Of a stretch of DNA of 64,000 nucleotides, positions 10,722-23,559 are shown in pieces. The stretch spans positions 1-64,000 of the forward strand of contig JAAILG010000357.1 in assembly GCA_012026655.1 (NCBI GenBank). Reading direction: 5' to 3'. How positions within the stretch are numbered: position 1 is the first letter of the stretch; the number at the start of each line of letters is the position of its first letter. The DNA is from Hydrolagus affinis. Lineage: Eukaryota. Made by a program: the position numbers and the translations under genes. Under the pieces are notes generated by a model. That model was given only the letters and a program-made list of their open reading frames with translations. It was not told the DNA's origin and made no database searches.

Positions 10722-11620
10722 ACCCCACAGTCCCCTGTTCTGTCAGCCTGCCTGTCAGACATCAGGAGCTGGATGAGCGTGAACTTCCTGCAGCTGAATG
10801 TCAACAAGACGGAAGCCATACTATTTGGTTCTCGTCGACGTCTCCATTCGCACGGCTCTCACCTCCTCCACCTTCCCGGCCTGCCCCTAAAACTCTCTGA
10901 ACCTGTGCGTAACTTTGACGTCAGGTTTGACCCCCAACTGTCCTTCCTCCCCCACATCCGGTCCCTCACCAGCACTGCCTTCTACCACCTCTGATGGATC
11001 GCCCGTCTCCGGCAATACCTCAACCCAAAAGCCACTGAAACCTTGGTCCATGCCTTTGTCACCTCTCGGCTGGACTATTGCAACGCCCTCCTCACTGGTC
11101 TCTCCTCCACCACAATCCACAAAATCCAGCTAATACAAAACTCTGCCGCCCGCATACTCACCCGCACTAAGCTCGCTCCACCATTACCCCAGTCCTTGCC
11201 AGACTTCACTGGCTCCCTGTCCCTGAGAGGATCGACTTCAGGATCCTCACCCTTGTCTTCAAGTCCCTCACTCCTCTGCACCCCCTACCTCTCTGACTTC
11301 CTCTCTCCTCAAATCAGCACCCACTGCCTTCGCTCAACCGGGTCTGGCCTCCTCCATGTCCCCCGAATCCTCCGCTCCACCCTCGGCAGCCATGCCTTCA
11401 GCCACTACTCCCCGAGGCTCTGGAACTCCCTTCCTCACTCCCTTCGCCTCGCCCCCTCTCTTCACAGTTTCAAAGGTGTGGTTGACCTTTCTCTTCAACC
11501 ACACCTTTGATCACCTTTCTGCCCCTGCCCCTGGCTTGGTCCCGGGATCTGCTACTGTGAAGCGCTCTGAGACGCCGTCCAGCGTGGAGAGTGCTATATA
11601 AACTGAAAGTTGTTGTTGTT
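10722..11620 (+). mobile_element. 5'-truncated L2 LINE (ORF2 C-terminal part, disabled)
   Basis: CLSDIRSWMSVNFLQLNVNKTEAILFG..FDPQLSF..AFYHL* then [46 protein letters not shown]; stop at 10992-10994, frameshifts, stem-loop tail and (GTT)n. Confidence 0.95.
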
Positions 11621-11904
11621 GAGATCAGAGTTAAGTGTACTCTCTTCATAAGATGCCTTGGCATTTTTTGTTGTCCAAATGTGGAGACTTGACAAGAGTT
11701 CATGTGACAAACCTCTTTGCTTTGCTTACCCAGATCATTGGATGGGACAATGCTGTTATTTTCAGAACATTGGAAGCAATGACTTGCAGGTAATACTTTG
11801 AAGGATTGAAGCCTTCTGGTTCCAAATTGGCTTGTGAAACCATGTGGGGTAACATGTGGTTAGACGATTGTCGGGAGTAATAATCGCTTAAAAAATAGAC
11901 ATAA

Positions 11905-12395
11905 TTTTAATAATCATTTGGTCATTTAATCCATGACTTTTGTGGGACACTGTGGTGCAAAATTGTCTTCTGCGTTTCGCCCACAAAATATGCAGTCAAT
12001 TCACTTTAGAGTATATTCTGTGAAGCGATTTGAGACGCCTTGAAGGTGGAGTTCTGTAGCTCAGTGGTTAGAGCACTCGCCTTACAAGTTTGAGACATGT
12101 GTTCGAATCCAGGCAAATCAGTGCAAAACCTTGGGCAAGTTTCCCTACTCCACACACCTAATAATAATCCCTCCAAAAAAACACAATAATAAAATTGGTC
12201 ATTTCAATCCACGAGTGTTTGTGGGACACTGCTGTGCACAATTGGCTGCCGCGTTCCACCCAAAAATATACATTCAATTCACTTTACAGTATATTCTGTG
12301 AAGCGCTTTGAGACGCTTAGAAGACGTGAAAAGCGCTATATCAAATTCAAGGATTATTATTATGTGAAAAGGCACTTTATACAAATGCAAATTAT
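11905..12395 (+). mobile_element. full-length young SINE (12046-12363) nested in the tail of an older SINE copy
   Basis: Old copy breaks at gagacgccttgaag and resumes gtgaaaaggcactttatacaaatgc after the (ATT)n of the inserted copy. Confidence 0.9.
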
Positions 12396-12849
12396 GGATA
12401 TTATTTGGACAGGTAAACAATCGGTGTATGGTGACGTAGCTTTGGCACGTTCAGTGTTGTGCATTGCAGTGGGTATTTTTTTAAAACAGGAAGAGAAAAA
12501 AAAAGCCTCGATTCCTGAGGGAATGAACGCGGGTGTTTGCAATGTAGAGCAAGTGTGAAAAATGTACAAATCCGAAAATGATTCGAAACTGGGGCATGTG
12601 TTCAGCTGGGAGCGTAGATTTCCATCATTTTATTTTTAAATATCATCATCGTATCATCGATAAAGCAATAACACCCTTCTTTTTTTCCTGCGACGTAGAA
12701 AAAAATCCCCCAAATTGCAATAAAATGACCTGATTTGCTCCATTTTATTGCTGTCTTAACATTCATCTCAGCTAATCTGTCACCCCAAAGGCTCCAATGT
12801 AATCCGTCATTCTGTGCAAAAGGAGTGGCTGTGGTCATGTGTCAGCCTG

Positions 12850-12990
12850 ACTCGGTTGGGCCTTTGAGCTCACAGTCTCTGGCTGACACTCCAATGCAGT
12901 GTTGGAGTGAACTGTGTTACTAGAGGTGCCTATCTTCAGATGAGATATTAAACCAAGGTGCTGTCTGTTTGTTAAAGATCCCACAGCATT
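12850..12990 (+). mobile_element. older DeuSINE fragment
   Basis: ggctgacactccaatgcagtg..gaggtgcctatcttcagatgagatattaaaccaagg..taaagatcccacagca. Confidence 0.8.
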
Positions 12991-14039
12991 AAAAAGACAA
13001 GTAACATCACTGCAATAGGATCAAAAAAATAAAGAAACTGTCTCGTGGGAGATGGCGGTAATCAGATCAAAGTAAATTCAGACTTTCCGAAATGGCCATG
13101 AAAAATAATATTCCTGAAAGCTCCAACCAAAGCCTCTTTCCCCCACCACCCCACTTCGTTAAAAAGCAGACAATGCAAGACTTTGGTTTCAATCGCTGAG
13201 AAGCTGGCTGATAAGAGATTGCTTACATCATTTCAAAGCTGTGTTGACTTGAAAAACAATCCCTTTCATTTCACATCTTTTGAAAGTGCCCTAAATGTGT
13301 TGAAATTAAATTACAAGGGTCCACTTTCCGTTCCGATTACATCTTGCACCTCGCAGGGAATAGAGAGGTGAGTGGGTAGACTCTAAGGCGAAAGAGACAT
13401 CTTGATTCCGGTTTACACTATGGTTTTTACTCTCGAGTTGCTGCACAAAACACAGAGTAAACCGGGTTTGAGAATATCTGGGCGAATTATTACATAACCG
13501 TGAGCCACATTTCAGGTGGGTAACTCAATTACTTTGGGCTTTGTCGCTATTGGTGCAAAATGGGACACCAAAGACAGCGATACAGATTGCAAACCCACAG
13601 AAATGAATGAGTTATTTTCATCTAGAGAGAGAGAGAGAGAAAGAGAGAGCGACAGAGGTTACCTTTTTGCAGAACAATCTCGTACTGTTGCTGGAAATAA
13701 GTGAGACCTGATGGATGTGGTTCAATTGCATTTCATCAGTTCAACAGCCACTTTCACTGGAGCTGAAGGACAGACGAGCAAACAATTCTTGTAATGGAAA
13801 TCGAGCTGCATTGTCACCCAACTGATGCCTTTCATCCTTTGACCATCTTCCCGTGGAGCACTGAACATTCTGTGTCTACTTCTCCCACTTCTTCTTATCT
13901 CCCCCCCCTATGCCAAATGCAACCGCGAGTGTTGCATCTCGTTCCTTTGAATCTGGTATTATCAAACCTATAAACAGACCGTGCCGAGTGCAAGTGATGA
14001 GCTGCACTGTAGTTCTCGACTTTTTAACATTGGAAAGAT

Positions 14040-14255
14040 CACTGTAAATGAATGTAGTGGAATGACTGTGAATTTGTAGGTGAGTGCGGTAGCCCTTTGC
14101 GAACAGCGTTGTCCCATAAACAGCCATGACGTGAATGACCCATTTTATCTGGGAGCCTGGATACTTTTTCAAGTATACAGTCAATTCAAGTAGTGCTCAA
14201 GGGATCTATAATGTCCACCTGAACAGGCACAAGATATGACCTCAGTCGAACATGT
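14040..14255 (-). mobile_element. older DeuSINE fragment
   Basis: gtcccataaacagccatgacgtgaatga..gggatctataatgtccacctgaacaggca..gacctcagtcgaacatgtcat. Confidence 0.65.
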
Positions 14256-14286
14256 CATTATAAATTTAGATTTAGTCTAGTTACAC

Positions 14287-14505
14287 ATAATAATCCTTGC
14301 ATTTGATATAACACTTTTCATGACTTCTAGATGTCTCAAAGCGTTTAATAGAATATAGTGTAAAGTGAGTTGACTGTATATTTGTGAGCAAAACATGGCA
14401 GCCAATTGTGCACAGCAGTATCCCACAATCATTTTTTTGGAAGGATTATTATCAGGTGTGTGAAGCAAGGCATGTCCTCTAACCACTGAGCTACAGGACT
14501 CCACA
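14287..14505 (-). mobile_element. internally deleted young SINE
   Basis: Tail aatccttgcatttgatata through to head ctctaaccactgagctacaggactccac. Confidence 0.9.
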
Positions 14506-16089
14506 TTGATACAAGTATTAGGCTTGTGGAGTCTCTCAGTGTATCAGTGCAATAGGACGTCCTCTTGACGCGAAAGGCGCTATACAAGTGTAATTTTGTT
14601 GTTATTGTTGTTGTTTACCTATCGGGAAGTAGGAACTCGGTTGTTAGTCAATTGGCTGGTCACATTAAGATGCCATATCAAATACAAGGATTATTATTAT
14701 AATTAAATATAATTATTATCATTTGCCAACCAATATTTGCATTGTCTGTACTGTATATGATCCAGCTTCATATCCAATTAGACCTTCTGGATTCAGTCAA
14801 CTGAACATCTGAGCTCCGTTTTGCACTCGTGTTCCGTTCAGACTTTTTTCAAAAACAAAGTTTCACACAGTTGGAAGAAGAATGGAGACATAATAATTGG
14901 TGCATTTTTTTTACAAAAGGAATCCAGTTCACATTTGTCTCCCGATGGCAATGCAATCCCTGACATCTGCAAGCAGAGCTCAGAGTTTTCAGATTCTCTC
15001 GCCTCCCAGAGCTGACAAAATGTTTATTTATTAGTTTATTTATTCTTGCTTTAAGAAGCAGCGCATTTTTTTTATTGTGCCATTCAATGACTTCAAAGAT
15101 ACCTTGGGATCAAACTGCACCACACACAAAGCACCACACACTAAGATGGCAGATTTTCCCAACACTGTTTGATGCCATAAAGGATTCCAAAGGTGCGTTG
15201 TCTCTATTGGTCACGACCTCAAGCACAGCAAAGAACAGATCACAAAGTTCCAAACCTGGACAAGACACTCAGATCAGATAGATTTGATGTTCCTCTCCCT
15301 CTTCACACCCGAAGTAGCAACTGCGGAACAGATAACTGACAAAAGTGGATGCTTTTGTTGAAGTGCTTCGAGAAAGAACTGGATAAATATTTGCTTAAGA
15401 GCATTGTTTGGGGATGTGGAGATAGGAACTGACCAAAACGAGAAAATATTGCACTAGGTACAATGCTTTCAATGGAGCATTGTACAAAGGAAGCTAGTTT
15501 AAAGCTGGAGTTTTGCGGTTAAGTTCCTTTGGCTTTATTTTGATTAGTTACATGGCTCATGGATTTTGCTTTCACGGCACTCTGAAGTCAGGGTGAGGAG
15601 GCAAAAGTTCAGTCGTGAGTCCTGAAGAAATCCTTTCTGACTGCTCGCAGCAAGCGAGTTGTACATCGTCCCGTTGCTCCCGCTTTCTATTTGATTGAAT
15701 TCCTACAAGCTAAATGATGAATGTGAATATGAAATGCAGCCATGCGCTAAGCCTTGATATGTCAGAATTTTGTTTTACTGGTTTCAAACAAAACACAGCT
15801 GATTGATGGATGTACTTTAGCTGTTCCCTTTCAGTCTCGCGACCAACCACTTGCCCAAATCCTGAACAACAAATCCAGTTTCCTGCCATTTGTTAATGAT
15901 GTAAACCACAAAGTCGGTCATGAAAGTGTTGGTAAAAAGAAACCCAGATTACACAATTCAACCCAATTTCTGATGACCCCATGAAATAACTAACATTTAT
16001 ATTGTGCATTCATGCGGGAAACATATCGGGAGCCTTTCACAGATTATTAGCCAGGACACAGCGAAGATCCCAACCACAGAGTCAATGAA

Positions 16090-16216
16090 CTCTCTCACTA
16101 TCTCTGTCTCTATCTCGTTTCTCTCAGTGTCTCTCACTATCTCAGTCTTTTTCTCTGTCTCTTATCAGTCTCTCTCACTATTCTCAGTCTCTCGCTCTCA
16201 ATCTCTCTTTCTGTCT
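16090..16216. repeat. degenerate CT-rich low-complexity tract
   Basis: Repeated tctctcactat/ctcagtctc units. Confidence 0.8.
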
Positions 16217-16539
16217 GATCCACATTGGAGGACAACCCAGAAAAAAAGTGCGTACGTTTGTTACAGAATATAGATGTATGAATGGTGTGCACTTTTCTCT
16301 GTTACTGCGTAGTTGCAGAAAATGATGCATACCTCATACTTTGGGCTTTATTGAAACATTTTTTAATGTAGCTCATCAACGATAGGAGATTTCCCCCCAA
16401 CAAAATATGCCCATGACACTCCTCCTTGCAAGAGCTTTCCGATGAAGCATAGATCATGTCTCCACATCAGTTAGCTATTGCATGATTCTCAGATATACTG
16501 ACACACAGAGAGACAGACACTTTGTCTTTAATACTATAA

Positions 16540-16847
16540 TGGAGTCCTGCAGCTCAGCGGTTAGAGCACTCGCCTTGCAAGCGAGAGACCTGGGTTCAAT
16601 TCCCGACAGGGCAAAACCTTGGGCAAGTTTCCTTACTCTACATGCCTAATAATAATCCCTCCAAAAAACAATAATAAATTGGTCATTTCAATCCACGGTT
16701 GTTTGTGGGACACTGCTGTGCACAATTGGCTGCCGCGTTTTGCCCTCAAATATACAGTCAATTCAATTTACAGTGTATTCTGTGAAGCACTTTGAGATGC
16801 CTAGAAGATGTGAAAAGTGCTATACCAAATGCAAGGATTATTATTAT
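16540..16847 (+). mobile_element. full-length tRNA/Deu/L2-tail SINE, short variant
   Basis: ggagtcctgcagctcagcggttagagcactcgccttgcaagcgagagacctgggttcaattcc ... tgcaaggattattatta. Confidence 0.95.
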
Positions 16848-17584
16848 ACGATCCCATCACTTTATACTCTAATCAGATAGAGAATTTGCAAATAATTATA
16901 CAGCTGTAATTTAGCCTGCTTTGTGCTATATTCAACCTGTTATATAATTTATTTTCTCAATTGCACTTAATCTGGCCATAACTAACCTAAATTTGATTAA
17001 ACATTGAATATCTAAACATTATCATGCCAAGCACTGACAATCACTGCAACAACCCTCGCTGCATGACGTCTTTAGACAACCCCCCCTTATCCGTCCTCTT
17101 CCATCTTTATGACTTTGCTTCAGGTATTTTTTTTTAAAAATGATTCACTGTTTGTTCCCACACAAGATCAGCCCAATGGAAATTGATGTGACAAGCTGTG
17201 TATTGTGACAAGATGTTGCCACCGAAATTATAAAGGATTCTTTGTTGTTTTAAGCAAGGAAATATAATCCCAATTGAATTCAAAGCATGAATAATCCTAG
17301 AGTAGAAATTTGCATACACATCCATAACACTGCAAACCAAGCAGTGATATATATGGTACTCCCAACAATGCTTAAACCATTCAATTCCCAGTGGTCATAA
17401 TACGGGTGACCTGGTTAAACCCAAGCCAATGATTTTTTATTACAGCTCATCAGCCCAAATACCTCAACCTTCGCTTTCTCCCCAGCTCATAACTTTGAAT
17501 GTTTGCTCACAAACGCAGCAAAGAGTGCAGTTTAATTGAACTTGCCACACAATAACAGGGAAGCTTCACTGAGCTAAACTCAGG

Positions 17585-17863
17585 TGGCATCTGTCTGTTC
17601 AGGTGGGTGTTAAAAAGATCCCAAGGCACGCGTGACTTGGCAAAAAAAAAAGAAGGGAATTTCTCCCCACGGTCCTTGCCAACAATCCAGACAAAAATTA
17701 ATCATTTCTTTCGTGGCTATTTGTAGGGCATTGTTGTGTGCAAATAGGCTGCCGTGTTTACCCACAAAATAAACAGTCACTACGCTTTACTCTAAATTCT
17801 GTGAAGCTCTTTGAGACATCCTCTCGACATGAAAGTGTCTGTACGAAATGCTATTATTATTAT
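17585..17863 (+). mobile_element. older DeuSINE 3' part
   Basis: tctgtctgttcaggtgggtgttaaaaagatccc..ttgtgtgcaaataggctgccgtgttt..gtgaagctctttgagacatcc. Confidence 0.75.
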
Positions 17864-18157
17864 CAATAAATCTTCTTGTAATTTGAAATAAAAAGCTCTC
17901 GACTTCGAGGTCTTACCGGGGAATAGCAAAATTATCACTGAGCGCTCATATTGAATTTGCTGGGTTATTATGATAATAATGAATAGAACTAAAGTGAAAT
18001 ACTGTTCTCACTGCAATTTTCATTTACGAGTCCATTGCCAACAACATGTAATGCTGGAGTTAGCTGGAACCAAACCAAGTCACTGGAAGAAAGCATTTAC
18101 AAACGATACGCATCAAAGTTTGACAATTTTCCTCTCACAATGGTCTATGTATCCAAT

Positions 18158-18235
18158 ACAACAACAACAACTTTGATTTATACAGCGCCCTGAACATCGG
18201 ACGGCGTCTCAGAGTGCTTAAAATCTGTTTCCATC
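18158..18235 (-). mobile_element. tail-only L2 insertion with 10-bp TSD
   Basis: (AAC)n and L2 stem-loop flanked by tgtatccaat at 18148-18157 and 18236-18245. Confidence 0.85.
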
Positions 18236-18351
18236 TGTATCCAATCATTCTGAATTGTTAAAAGTAAAATCAAACTATCTTAAAGTCATGAAGTTGAATG
18301 CAACAAGATCACTAGTGCAGCAACAATATAAGCTGTTTATTATATACCCGT

Positions 18352-18567
18352 TAATAATAATCCGGCCCCAAAAAAACACAAACATAAAAATTGGTCATTT
18401 TCAATCCAGGATTGTTTGTTGGACACTGCTGTGCGCAATTGGCTACCGTTTTTCACCCGTGAAAATATACAGTAAATACACTTTACAGTATATTCTGTGA
18501 AATGCTTTGAGACGTAGATAAGATCTGAAAAGCACTATATCAAATGCAAGGATTATTATTATTTATT
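18352..18567 (+). mobile_element. young SINE, 5'-truncated
   Basis: aaattggtcattttcaatcc..ggacactgctgtgcgcaattggct..tgcaaggattattatt. Confidence 0.9.
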
Positions 18568-19111
18568 AACAGTTCTCTCAATACCTCATGGTGCCATTAA
18601 ATCATGCTCCCTGGGACACTGTCAGCACAAACACAGTAACAGCATCAATTTAACATACAATTTAACATACTTAAGAATTTAACATTATTATCGTACTCGC
18701 CAGTTACTCTGAACTTATGAATAGAAACAATATGTGTTGTGAAAAAAAGTTTCTATTGACAGGCAACACTGATTATTGGAACTATACTGTATTATCATGG
18801 ATTGTGCAGGGGAGAGGGAATGGTGGCAGGGAAAATCTCCAGCGGGATGTTCGATCCTCATCTTTCCAAATCCTTTGCTTTTGGTGGACATTTGTGCCAA
18901 GTTGAGCCTGGTCCTCCTGCAATGAGTGCTTTGAGTGTGATGAACGACTGGCCTACTTATTGCTGAAAGAAAGAGGCTAGAGGAACAGGAACCCCCTGCT
19001 ACCATAGCCGGATCTCTGTCGCGGTGTACCAAATTAATGTCTTGGGTTGGAACCGGGAGGTGGAAGTGGGGAGTCCGTTTGGGAACACTGCGCAAATTTT
19101 ACCGATTATCT

Positions 19112-19475
19112 TATAATAAATAATAATAATCATCCTTACGTTTGATGTAAGGCTTTTCACGTCTTCTAGATGTCTCAAAGCGCTTTGCAGAATATACTGT
19201 AAAGTGAATTGACTAGATTTGTGGGCAAAACGCGCCAGCCAATTGTGCACAGCAGCATCCCGCAAACAGTCATGGACTGAGTGACCAAATTATTTTTTTT
19301 TTTTGAGGGATTGTTATCCCAGGAAAAGCGGTCCATCAATCGATTAACAACAAGGATCCTACACAATGCTGGGTAAACAGAAGCGTGTTTATGTTCATGG
19401 CAATATCTTGGGACCCAACATGTGGGACTGGAGACTTGCAAGGCGAGTACTCTACACAATATCCTACAGGACTCC
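19112..19475 (-). mobile_element. full-length SINE, long variant
   Basis: Tail (AAT)n through to head ctacaggactcc, including ggaaaagcggtccatcaatcgattaacaac..gggtaaacagaagcgtg. Confidence 0.9.
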
Positions 19476-19562
19476 GAAGATATGAAAATATCAAATGTAA
19501 GAATTATTATTAACCAAGCTTACTGGCCAGAATGATCTAGTCATATTTCATGCTACTTCTCT

Positions 19563-19665
19563 TATAATAATCCTTGCATTTGATATAACGCTTTTCACAT
19601 CTTCTAGACGTCTCAAAGCACTTCACAGATATACTGTAAAGTGAATTGACTGTGTATTTATGGGC
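19563..19665 (-). mobile_element. SINE 3' fragment
   Basis: aatccttgcatttgatataacgcttttcacatcttctagacgtctcaaagc. Confidence 0.9.
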
Positions 19666-21312
19666 TTATGTTTGTACAATCCACAGATCAGGCCAAATTA
19701 TAAGGTTTTTTGTGTGGATTTTGCATGTACAGACCAGTCAGTATCTCTGAACACTTCCAAATCAGACCCGCAATAGTATATCTAAAATGGCTTAAAAAGA
19801 AACAACCCAAATTTGCAAGCAGCTTTATCAATTAACCCTAAGAGATCAAAGCACACTCTCAGTCTGTACAGTCATCCTGCTGGAACGCAGCTGATCTCTG
19901 AAACCCAGAAGGCAGCGATTGTCATGAGAATGCACAGATGGCAGATATCAAGCAAATGTGGCGTGCAATGTGCGCGGATGATGTGAAGAGGGTGGATTTT
20001 ATTGAAGTGGATCGTGAGCTCCAAAGGTCCTGAGCTATTGATGGTAGCGTGGAGTGGGGGAGGGTGGGGGCGGGGGGGAGGAGGAGTGGGGTGAGGGGGG
20101 ATTAGGGAAGTCTCTGTGATGCTTCTAATCCTAGCCTTGCTCCGTTTGAGCAGAACAGTTTCCCTGGAAGCTGAGGTCGCACACACTCCTGACAAGCCAT
20201 CAGCCGCCTTTGCCTCATATCCTTTGATACTCTTCAACCGTGCCTATGCTCACCTACCCCCACTCCCTAGCTTGGCTGGATGGGTACCAGCATGCTATTA
20301 AGCGCTCCGAGATGTGTGTAGGGTGCTATGTAAATACTTGTTCCTTTACTGAACAAAAATCTATCCTGGTTCGTTAGTTCACCTACACTGTCGGGACTGT
20401 CCTCACTGTTCCTCTATTCTCCCACCTTCTCTCTCCCAATGCCTTGTTTTGTAAAACTCATCATGAAGGATATACAGAATAGCAAATTTACAGATGTTGT
20501 GCAGATGTTCAAGCACTCTGAGAAGCTACCCGGCGTGGAGGGCGCTATATTAGTCCAAATTGTGGTTGCAAGTTGTCTTTGTAAATTTGCGCACTTTGAA
20601 GCCCACTGAGAGAGATCAACACCTAATGGGCTAAATATTAGTTTACCCGAACGTATGCCAAGTACATGTTTTTCTATCCAATATGTAAACATTTGCACAT
20701 CAATACGCTCTATAATAGACTTGTTTGGTGGGGAGGCAAACAACGGAACTGAATAGCTGTAAGCAACTTGCTACCTACCTTGGAAGTTGATGCATCACTA
20801 AAACAGGATTAAAATGCAATACTGTACTGTTACTGATTCCCATTAGTCATCATTAAAATGATGCACAGTGTCCCGAGTCTGGTGCACTATCTAGAGCCGT
20901 TGCAAATCAAACCGAACAGCCACCATTCATTCCCTCCTAAAACTGCATTTATAAGATTATAATTGCGGTGGAATAATGCATCCTTGAATCAGATGTTAAT
21001 GTGCCTTCAAGCTTCCCGCAAAGCATGTTGTTTTCTTCTACAAAATAATCATCCATCACTTTGATCTTAGTTTACAGCTATTGGATTAAACAGGGCTTTG
21101 ATCCAATTTGTACCCGGCGGCAAATAGTACTTGTGATGCGTGTAATTAAGGGCAATTTCAAAGATGTGGGATTTTCCTCCTGCCATCAACATGTTAAACG
21201 CCAATAGCAAAGTTAGGAAAATTGGTGTTCCTGTCCTGTGATTCGGAAATTTTATTCACTTCATCTAAGAGTTACAATTTTCCACTTTGTGGCCCATTGG
21301 AAATTAATAGTT

Positions 21313-21390
21313 TAATAAAAATAATAATCCTTGCATTCGATATCGCGCTTTTCACTTCTCCTTGATGTCTCAAAGCGCTTCACAGAATAC
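21313..21390 (-). mobile_element. SINE 3' tail fragment
   Basis: aataatccttgcattcgatatcgcgc..ctcaaagcgcttcacagaata. Confidence 0.85.
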
Positions 21391-21924
21391 ATTCTATAGT
21401 TTCTCAGAATATACCGTAGTTTCTAAACAAATTCTGTTTTATTTTAACATTTGAGGCATTCTCAAATGCAAGGATTGTTAACATTATTCGTCTAAACGTC
21501 TTTGCAAATAAAGAATCCTGCAGATCATTGGATGTGTGTGTCTCGGTGACTGACCCTCTGGTCCTCTGCTCAGATCTCGATTTTCTTTCTAAATCTCTGT
21601 GACATTGGAACACAGTCAAAAAGAAAAAGGCCCTCAGTTCTTAGCACTAATAGGAAATAACCAATTCTTCACTTTTCAAACAATGTCGAACTTTTTTCGC
21701 TTGCATCATCTGATTTTCATACCAAACTTTCTCAGTCGTAATAATAATCAATGATTTTTGATCAATAAAAAGGATTATCTTAATGAGCGATGCAGAGAAT
21801 GGACACACTCTGCTGTCTCAATCAAGCCAAGGGAAACAGGGCCATTTTATGTAATTATCGTCCAGTGAAGGAAATTCAATTACCTGAACTTGGCTTTAAG
21901 TAGGTAAGCGCTAGAAAGTAAACT

Positions 21925-22030
21925 ATTATAATCCTTAATAATAATCCTTGCATTTGATGTGCGTCTTATCATATCTTCGAGACGTCTCAAAGCGCTTCAC
22001 AAAATATACTGTGAAGTGAATCGACTGGGT
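21925..22030 (-). mobile_element. SINE 3' tail fragment
   Basis: aatccttgcatttgatg..gagacgtctcaaagcgcttcacaaaatatactgtgaagtgaa. Confidence 0.85.
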
Positions 22031-23559
22031 ATTTACAGTGACCTATTGAGTAAACTAATTTCTTCTTGCAGTGTTCTACTTATATGAAGATGCTGTTCAG
22101 CTCTTTTAAGAGGATATCCAATTGAGGGTATAATCCATTGCAATAATAACATTCCAATTCTGGAACCAAGTAAAACTGGAAGTTTGCGTATCCAGGTTAA
22201 CATGTGGACACAAGAGAGAGGGAGAATTTTCTCCATCTGCCCAATTTTTCCCCTCCGGCTCCCATCATTTCCTACCCCCCCCAGCTTGGTTGCCCATCCA
22301 GCACTTTGGGATGTCCTCATGATGTGAATGGGTGTGGGGGCAGGGGGGCGGAGGTGTGCAAACGTCAATTACATTGTATTGTAATGCCGTTTTTCTGTTC
22401 AGTTGGTGGGTGCTGATTGAGTTAAAGCAGACACACAATGAACCAATGGAGCCTGGTTGCTCAATTCAATGGAACAAATCAAATGGTCTCCGAGGCAAGA
22501 GCCTCAACCTAGCTCCCTTGGGTAGAGCTGTCGAGAGGATGCCACTTAAAACAACAATAAACAACGTTTATATAGTGCCTTTCACGTTGGGAAGATATCC
22601 CAAAGGATGTGGAATGAATAGACAATAGGGTGGATGCCTTGGAAGGAAGTGAGTGATCAAATGGATCAGAGGGTTTTCTTATCTGAACCTCTCTATTCAC
22701 TCTTGTGGCTTCAAAGTTGTACCCCTGGATTGATTTTAGATCCAACAAGTAAATAAGAAAGGCACATTCCTGATCAGAACAATTCCAGTTACGGCAGAGT
22801 GCGGTTCCTAGGGAGAACACATACCACAATTCATATTGAAGAGATAAAATATATAATTACTTTTCAGACTCAACACTCACAGGAGACCCATCCAAACCAA
22901 CTGAAAATGACTGCATAGACTCATTAAGCCGACTGCAGCACTCGCTATACAAATAAATAAATCCTAAACAGTACTCCCCGGGATGATATGCTACAAATTT
23001 GTATTAAGTACAGTAGTAGAAAGTTAATGTGAAATAATAACCACTCAACTGTTCCGAAGTTTCTATCTTTGACAGTGAACTGGTTCATGTAGGGTTAAAA
23101 GTTCAGTCAATTGCAAACCAACTGGACTGCCAATATCTAAAGGATTTGCAAAGCAGACTTCAAAGATCAAGCTACTTAATTATTTGGGTGATTCTAAACT
23201 GATTAGTCAGAGCAGTAATGTCAGGTAACCTACCGTTTCTGTTCCCTGAATTTCTCTAAATGATGTTTTCGTTCTCTAGTTTATGTTCTTATCAAAAGAA
23301 GTGGTTGATTAGTTGGTTGCTAACATTAAAGGCTGCTGACATAAAATTCACTGCACTTTGCGGCTAAAAGGGCCGTCACCACCCACATACGGTCAAAGAG
23401 GCAGGTTGAAGAACAGACTTAGAGACAGAGAGAGAGAGAGAGAGAATGGTTGTGACGGTGGGATAGAGAGAGAGGAAGTTCCAGAGGTTAGGAGTATAGA
23501 ATCTGAAGGTTTGCTGCAAAAACAGCATGTAAAACAATTATCATCACGAGATTTCCAAA

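Noticed and set aside
10701-11510. L2 ORFs as functional CDS
   Set aside because: In-frame stop at 10992-10994, frameshifts and 5' truncation mark a dead retroelement copy.
16540-16610. tRNA genes at the many tagctcagtggttagagc motifs
   Set aside because: These are SINE heads: they lack a proper acceptor stem and run straight into SINE body sequence.
20050-20108. G-rich tracts as functional G-quadruplexes (also near 6404, 8773, 28360, 58909)
   Set aside because: Low-complexity G-runs recur throughout the window with no evidence of function.
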